From NCBI GenBank assembly GCA_023665365.1, contig JAMPEA010000002.1, positions 5,051 to 69,050 of the forward strand: DNA of 64,000 nt, given 5' to 3'. The stretch comes from Bacillota bacterium. GTDB lineage: Bacteria; Bacillota; Clostridia; Christensenellales; CAG-917. Made by a program: the position numbers and the translations under genes. Of the stretch, positions 58,911 to 64,000 are shown piece after piece (within the stretch, counting starts at the first letter, position 1; the number at the start of each line of letters is the position of its first letter). The notes below the pieces were generated by a model, which worked only from the letters and a program-made list of their open reading frames with translations, did not search any database and had not been told where the DNA came from.

Positions 58911-60536
58911 CTACTCCTTTTTCTTTTTCGATTTAGTCTTTTTGCGTTTAAACGGGTCATCGTCAAGATTGTTCAAAGAATTTTGTTCTTTGGATTGCTT
59001 TTCTTTTCGCTGTTTATGTTTCGACCCAGTCGTTTCAAGCGCCGCGGCTTTCTCCTTTTTGCGCTTTTCGGATTTCTTTGCTTTTCGCTTCTTGACTGCC
59101 GATTTTATCCCTTTATAAATCCACCTAAACGGCGCAAGGATTATCTTCAAAAGAAACACTACAAAGTTGAGTGCGCCGGGGACAAAAGCAATAATCAGAA
59201 TTATCGCTATAACCGCAAGTACGATTGCAATAATTTTTCCCGCAGTTTTCCAAAACTGACTAAACTTTTTAACATTTTCGCTTGCCTCGACTTTAAAATC
59301 CCAGCCGTCGGGGTTGACAGGTTCTGTACTACCTGTTTGCTTATTATCAATAACGCCGAGATTGTAAGTAACGCCGTCCGTTTCAAATTTTAAGCGCAAA
59401 ATAGTAACTTCGCCGATAATAGTTGAATTATATTCGTGCCACCAATAGTAGGAACCATTTATAAGAGTTTCTCTACGTTGTTCCTCATATTTGGTATCCT
59501 TGAAACGCAATACCCATTTTGTTTTTTTAATAGCGTCCTCAGCGTCCGCAGTCAACTTTGTACCAGTGGATATATTTATAAGCGCACCGCTATAAATAGT
59601 GCCTGTCATACTTGATAGAAATTCATCGGGCGTTTGAATTCTACCCCAACTATATTTATGTGCAAAAAGTCCACCGCCGTTATAGTGTACAGTCGGGTCG
59701 TCTTTATTTAGGACAACGCTTTCACGTTTTACTTCTCCATACGTTTCGCTTCCTTGGTCATAGGTCGAACGCAAATAAGACTGCTCAACCCAAGAGACTT
59801 TTGCCTCAACCAACGTGTCGATAGGTCTATCCGTATCAAATGCTACAAAATGACTGTCGCACGCTTCTTCATGAAAAACATAACCGCTATCATAACGCAC
59901 ATAGCCTACAAATTTGCTTTCGGGTTTAATGACAATCGTATCTATATCAAGAACCGCACACGCAGGTTGTCCATTTATTGTGGAAAAGCGATATTCTTTA
60001 CTTATATTAAACGGCACTTCGTTTATTTTGTTATCGTGGTCTGACTGTTTATCTCCAAGACTTTCATCAAACTTACGATAAATAGACGTAACTCCGTAAT
60101 ATCTTGCACTAGCGGTGGATACGGTGATACCCTTAACGACGTATTTATAAAATACGCCCGATGAGTTTACATATTGTAATAAATAATTGCTTGGGTCAAT
60201 TTCATAATATGACGAAAGCGATATATTTATAGAGCTTGCTCGCAAGTCCTTATCCTGTCCGCTCGGCTGATAAACGTAAACGAAAAGCTCGTTACTTTCA
60301 CTTTCCGCAAGCTGTATAATGTCAAGTGTATAATCTTTCTTGACTTCGGGATATTTGCTTTCATCGAACGTGCTATCCTTGTGCAAGTCGTCAAGCACGT
60401 CGGAATAGACAGTATCAACTGCATAGCCGATACCGTCGTTTACCATAATTGCTTGCGCTAAGCCCGTTACAACGGCAACGGCTACGAGAACCGCCACAAG
60501 CAACGTGATTAAAACTCTGTTATATGTATTTTTCAT
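58911..60536 (-). CDS. type I membrane protein with large ectodomain and Lys-rich cytoplasmic tail
   Basis: Signal 'LITLLVAVLVAVAVVTGLAQA'. C-terminal TM pair 'IIAIVLAVIAIILIIAFV..VVFLLKIIL'. ~65-aa tail rich in K/R/E, 'KKRKAKKSEKRKKEK...KRKKTKSKKKKE'. Confidence 0.6.
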   Translation of the reverse strand: MKNTYNRVLITLLVAVLVAVAVVTGLAQAIMVNDGIGYAVDTVYSDVLDDLHKDSTFDESKYPEVKKDYTLDIIQLAESESNELFVYVYQPSGQDKDLRASSINISLSSYYEIDPSNYLLQYVNSSGVFYKYVVKGITVSTASARYYGVTSIYRKFDESLGDKQSDHDNKINEVPFNISKEYRFSTINGQPACAVLDIDTIVIKPESKFVGYVRYDSGYVFHEEACDSHFVAFDTDRPIDTLVEAKVSWVEQSYLRSTYDQGSETYGEVKRESVVLNKDDPTVHYNGGGLFAHKYSWGRIQTPDEFLSSMTGTIYSGALINISTGTKLTADAEDAIKKTKWVLRFKDTKYEEQRRETLINGSYYWWHEYNSTIIGEVTILRLKFETDGVTYNLGVIDNKQTGSTEPVNPDGWDFKVEASENVKKFSQFWKTAGKIIAIVLAVIAIILIIAFVPGALNFVVFLLKIILAPFRWIYKGIKSAVKKRKAKKSEKRKKEKAAALETTGSKHKQRKEKQSKEQNSLNNLDDDPFKRKKTKSKKKKE

Positions 60537-60543
60537 ACGCACC

Positions 60544-61122
60544 TCAAAAAACCGTGTTAGGCGGGTCTATCGTGATAAAATCTGCAAAACAAAACTTTAT
60601 ATGATATACCGTATTGCTCCCGTTTGACGTTATAACCGCGTCTAACGGATATATAGAAGCGTCCAGCTTTGACGGTAAAACAACCGTAGCATCGGGATAT
60701 ACGAGGCTCATAAGCTCGTCCATACTGTTCACGTTAATGCTAAGCGTGAAGCTGTCTTTTCCTTTATCCGTTACGAAATATTTTGTAAAATCGAGCTTAG
60801 ACTCGCTCCACAATTTCTTTTCGCCATTTACGGAATACTCGAAATCAACGTCACCGTTTGGACGAACCGACACGTCAAAAACTACGTCGCCTTGCAAAGA
60901 ACCGAAAGTATTTGACACGTCAAAACGATAATCGTTGTTCAGATTAAACTGCATTTCGTTATGCTCGCTTACTATGCGCTCCTCGCCGTAGTTCAGATAA
61001 AACATTTTGAAATCCTCGTTCAAGCCGTTTGTAAATCTGAAAATTATCACAAGACAAACCGCAACGATGACGAACACAAGGAGCAATCCGATAAATTTAA
61101 TTACACTTTTTGACTTTCGCAT
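60544..61122 (-). CDS. N-terminally anchored hypothetical protein (192 aa)
   Basis: TM 'FIGLLLVFVIVAVCLVIIF'. RBS GAGGTGA. Ends '...ITIDPPNTVF'. Confidence 0.55.
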   Translation of the reverse strand: MRKSKSVIKFIGLLLVFVIVAVCLVIIFRFTNGLNEDFKMFYLNYGEERIVSEHNEMQFNLNNDYRFDVSNTFGSLQGDVVFDVSVRPNGDVDFEYSVNGEKKLWSESKLDFTKYFVTDKGKDSFTLSINVNSMDELMSLVYPDATVVLPSKLDASIYPLDAVITSNGSNTVYHIKFCFADFITIDPPNTVF

Positions 61123-61175
61123 AAATCACCTCGTCGGCGGAGCGTCAAACAACACTCCGCCTAATCTTCGTTTGC

Positions 61176-62498
61176 TTAAAATACAACACTGTCGGGATTG
61201 ACCGTAACGCCAGTTGCGGGGTAGGTATAGTCAAACAAGAAATTTTGCACGTATTCCACAGTCTCGCCGTCTGCCGTATATTCAAATTTAATTGAGCAAT
61301 TATATTTGTCTGCTTCGTCTATCTCTGTTGATTTAGAGAACAAGTCCAATGCGCGGAAAAGATTATCGAAACCTTGCTTAATATGCGTGTATCTCACTCC
61401 TTGTTTTTTGTATTCTTCAAATTGCTCCGTATTCTCCCAATCAGCTATTCTAACCTCCGACAACATAGTTCCCCAAAACGCATAGAAACAAAGCGGATAA
61501 CCCCACACAGGGAAATAAATGTTAAGGACATTTTCCTCATTTACAACCACCAACTCATTCCAAACACCGTTTTCAGCATCAAACAAATCTTTGCCGTTAT
61601 AAAGACAACCAAAAGAATCTGACATATCGGAAACAATACTGTGACTGCTTGCTTTTAAATCCAACGATTGTTGAGCAAATTTCAAAAAGTTAGGGTTGAT
61701 GCGCATTGATACCTTGTATTCAGTAGGAACGTCAAAAGGGATTGTATAAACAGAAGAACCCACGAAATAAACACGTGTGCTACGCTCAATAAATGCTGCA
61801 TTATATTCATAACGCAAAGGACTCTCGGAAGCACAAGCTATTTTTGTTATACCATTTGAGTTAATATGTTCACCATTCTTCCCGACATAAAAAGAAATAG
61901 GACGAAAATAACCGCTTGGTGTCATAGAAAAACGAGCACAAGCTAAATTAAGTTTTTGCTTATAATCGACTGTACAGCCCGAATACAACTTATCATTACT
62001 GCGCAAAGTTGCAGTAACTTTAATTTGTTCGCCAAATGCTTGCAAGCATTCAATGTCAGCAGTCAATGCGCCGTCCGCTGTCGGAGCAAGCGAAACGTAA
62101 TCCGTCACGACCTTTCCCGTTGCCCACTCGCTGTCGGGATTGACAAACGATATTGCCCAATCCACAGGCTCATTACCGTAAAATCCGTTATAATTGACTT
62201 TCGCCGTTAAACGTCGCACGGCTCGATTTTCATCTTCCGCCATAGGGACTGCCAACGCCGTCAACGCAATGCCGTCGTCGCTGTTGTAGGGCGTTACGAT
62301 AAACGAGGAATCCGCGACTTCCTCTATCTCGTTGTCGGTGTTGTCAGAACTGTTAAACCATTCGGACGGCTTTTGTTTGCCTGTCCCGAATAGTTGTAGG
62401 GAAAGTCCTACGCAGAATACCGCAATCATCAAAATTGCGATAAACGCAATAGCCCACTTGATTTTGTCACTTTTTACGTGTTTGTTGAATTTGTTCAT
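61176..62498 (-). CDS. N-terminally anchored hypothetical protein (440 aa)
   Basis: TM 'WAIAFIAILMIAVFCVGLSLQLF'. RBS AGGAG. Ends '...VTVNPDSVVF', similar to the 192-aa neighbour. Confidence 0.55.
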   Translation of the reverse strand: MNKFNKHVKSDKIKWAIAFIAILMIAVFCVGLSLQLFGTGKQKPSEWFNSSDNTDNEIEEVADSSFIVTPYNSDDGIALTALAVPMAEDENRAVRRLTAKVNYNGFYGNEPVDWAISFVNPDSEWATGKVVTDYVSLAPTADGALTADIECLQAFGEQIKVTATLRSNDKLYSGCTVDYKQKLNLACARFSMTPSGYFRPISFYVGKNGEHINSNGITKIACASESPLRYEYNAAFIERSTRVYFVGSSVYTIPFDVPTEYKVSMRINPNFLKFAQQSLDLKASSHSIVSDMSDSFGCLYNGKDLFDAENGVWNELVVVNEENVLNIYFPVWGYPLCFYAFWGTMLSEVRIADWENTEQFEEYKKQGVRYTHIKQGFDNLFRALDLFSKSTEIDEADKYNCSIKFEYTADGETVEYVQNFLFDYTYPATGVTVNPDSVVF

Positions 62499-62565
62499 CT
62501 TTCAAACTCCTGTATTTTATTTGAAAGATTCCTTGTTACCAAACCCCTATATTTTTTGATACTTA

Positions 62566-63672
62566 TTATGCAAACGGCTCAGCGTCGTAAAAAACAGTTT
62601 TTGTTTCGCAAATTTTGCCGAATTCTTCTGCAAAATTTCGCCTGTCCTTTGGCTTTTTTTCGATAGTGCTAAGCTCATTTATAAACACATATGCTTCGCC
62701 GGTTGGTCGTCCATATTTATCAAGACCGTCAGAATAAACCTTGATTTCATCTTTACCGACTTCTACGTAGCAGGTGATACGTCGATAAAGTTGGTCTAAG
62801 TTATCGAATGACAACGAGCTTTTATATTTTAGATACCAATATGATAACGGGACGGAGCTTGTGATAATAATCATCTCGCCGTTAAAGACCTTATTGTTAA
62901 ACCGACTTTTTACACTGGATGAAGTATTATTATCAAGCATTTTCAGCAAATCTTCGAGCTCAAAGCTCGTGTCACGCAAGTCGTCTAATATTATCGCCTT
63001 TTGTCCCATATAGTCTTGAAACGGGTCATTGCTTGACGATGATATGCAATAATCATAACCAAGACCTTTGAGATATTTTTTTGCATAAAATGTTTTTCCC
63101 GCTCCGCCACGCCCGCATATAAACATAACGTCGATATGCCTATCCGAATTCAAAGCAAGCGTCTGACAATGCAATTCCCATAATTTTTTCAACTTATTAT
63201 AAGTTTTTGTTTTCTCATCTATCGGCAACGTATTAACATACTGTAACTGTTGAGCGTAGCTATAAGCAGTAAAATCACCGATAATCTTTGATTGCTCGAT
63301 TTCACTTGCGAAATCGAAATTTGATATAACTTTTTCACGAGGGTAGACGTGCTTATATTTTTGACTTTCGTTCTCGTGTGTTAAATACATTAAAACGTCA
63401 GCTCGTCTGCCACGTACTTTACTTATAAATTGCTCGCCCGTATATTCTTTGCCATCTTCGCTTACATAGCCCAACTTAAACCATTCAGCAACGAGTTTAC
63501 TGTCTACGCCAGTCCCAAAGTACAAGTAGATATGATAATGCGGACGAGTATCGTCCATATCGTGAATTATGTAAGCCCATTGCTTAATAGTCTTATACTG
63601 CATACATACTTGCTGTATATCGACTTTTAGCTTGTCTACGTCTTGGACGATTTCATATTGCCTCAAATGCAT
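62566..63672 (-). CDS. rolling-circle Rep: HUH endonuclease (pMV158/Rep_2-like) fused to an SF3-type P-loop helicase
   Basis: HUH 'PHYHIYLYF'. Tyr motif 'MYLTHENESQKYKHVY'. Walker A 'GRGGAGKT', Walker B 'AIILDDL', motif C 'MIIITSS'. Confidence 0.75.
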   Translation of the reverse strand: MHLRQYEIVQDVDKLKVDIQQVCMQYKTIKQWAYIIHDMDDTRPHYHIYLYFGTGVDSKLVAEWFKLGYVSEDGKEYTGEQFISKVRGRRADVLMYLTHENESQKYKHVYPREKVISNFDFASEIEQSKIIGDFTAYSYAQQLQYVNTLPIDEKTKTYNKLKKLWELHCQTLALNSDRHIDVMFICGRGGAGKTFYAKKYLKGLGYDYCISSSSNDPFQDYMGQKAIILDDLRDTSFELEDLLKMLDNNTSSSVKSRFNNKVFNGEMIIITSSVPLSYWYLKYKSSLSFDNLDQLYRRITCYVEVGKDEIKVYSDGLDKYGRPTGEAYVFINELSTIEKKPKDRRNFAEEFGKICETKTVFYDAEPFA

Positions 63673-63706
63673 TTTTAACCCCTTGCATTTATATTTGCTA
63701 CTTTTT

Positions 63707-63829
63707 TATACGTTTTACACGTTTTTTCTACCCGACTTGGACAAGCCCCAAGTCGGGCAAAATATTTCTACTGTTTTGTAACTTTTTTTACAAATTGATT
63801 TTAAAGATTTTATACGTTTTATACGTTTT
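63707..63829. promoter_or_regulatory. origin-like region: two iteron pairs flanking a 10-bp-stem hairpin
   Basis: 'tatacgttttaCacgtttt' (63707-63725) and 'tatacgttttaTacgtttt' (63811-63829). Hairpin cccgacttgg/ccaagtcggg (63731-63757). 'atttgctactt' is repeated at 63693 and 63842. Confidence 0.5.
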
Positions 63830-63891
63830 CCATATTTTTCAATTTGCTACTTACAAATGCTGTAAAATAGTCCGTAAGCATGAAAATAAAT

Positions 63892-63928
63892 AAGGCAATT
63901 TCAGCATTGTTAATGATGAAATTGCCTT
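63892..63928 (-). terminator. terminator after ssb
   Basis: 12-bp stem aaggcaatttca/tgaaattgcctt with a T-rich tail on the minus strand. Confidence 0.6.
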
Positions 63929-63943
63929 ATTTTACTTTGCTTC

Positions 63944-64000
63944 TTAGAAAGGCAAATCATCGTCAGATTCACTTTGCAATTTTCCTTTCTCGGGGAGTTC
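63944..64000 (-). CDS. ssb: single-stranded DNA-binding protein, C-terminal end only (partial at window edge)
   Basis: Minus-strand translation ends '...ELPEKGKLQSESDDDLPF*', the canonical SSB acidic tip. Confidence 0.7.
   Translation of the reverse strand, partial: ELPEKGKLQSESDDDLPF

Larger units (their letters stand above)
51541..64000. mobile_element. AT-rich integrated plasmid/virus-like element (partial, continues beyond the window)
   Basis: Visibly lower GC than the flanks. Gene content: DUF932, ASCH, zinc-ribbon nuclease, HUH-SF3 Rep, SSB. No integrase within the window. The left border is obscured by IS30. Confidence 0.6.

Overview
This window looks like a chromosomal segment of a moderately GC-rich, probably spore-forming Firmicute (Clostridia-like; taxonomy is an inference from veg, a CwlD-like amidase, a SipL-like protein, PFOR and a Na+-decarboxylase). 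It has three parts.

**1-40 kb: housekeeping and cell-surface genes.**
- DinJ/YafQ toxin-antitoxin pair, split ChrA pair, M1 peptidase, RadC, GltX and an S8 protease.
- Two large InlB-repeat lipoproteins, Veg, PFOR and a NUDIX hydrolase.
- An ArsR/HMA/P1B-ATPase metal-resistance locus.
- A 4-gene Na+-translocating decarboxylase operon.
- An XRE switch upstream of a 1.26-kaa surface protein whose signal peptide is out of frame across a G13 tract.
- An EamA transporter and a DUF2804-like protein.
- A tightly coupled GuaD-like deaminase + TIR-like/helical protein pair. I rate this the best candidate for an undescribed system.

**41-43.7 kb: an AT-rich island.**
- A HigB-like/HigA-like/SecB-like toxin-antitoxin-chaperone (TAC) cassette.
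- A decayed phage head-module remnant that keeps a MuF-type toxin C-terminus and its putative immunity gene.

**43.7-64 kb.**
- A clan GH-A-like glycoside hydrolase lipoprotein, tRNA-Ser(GCU), polysaccharide ABC exporter genes, a lipid kinase and an IS30 transposase.
- An AT-rich integrated element that runs off the window. It encodes DUF932, ASCH and zinc-ribbon nuclease proteins.
- The same element carries a compact minus-strand module: SSB, a HUH+SF3 Rep with an iteron/hairpin origin-like region, three membrane-anchored proteins, and a polytopic protein with a Zot-like P-loop domain.

Several intergenic repeat and structure families and operator palindromes are also reported. All family assignments come from motif recognition by eye. 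No searches were run.
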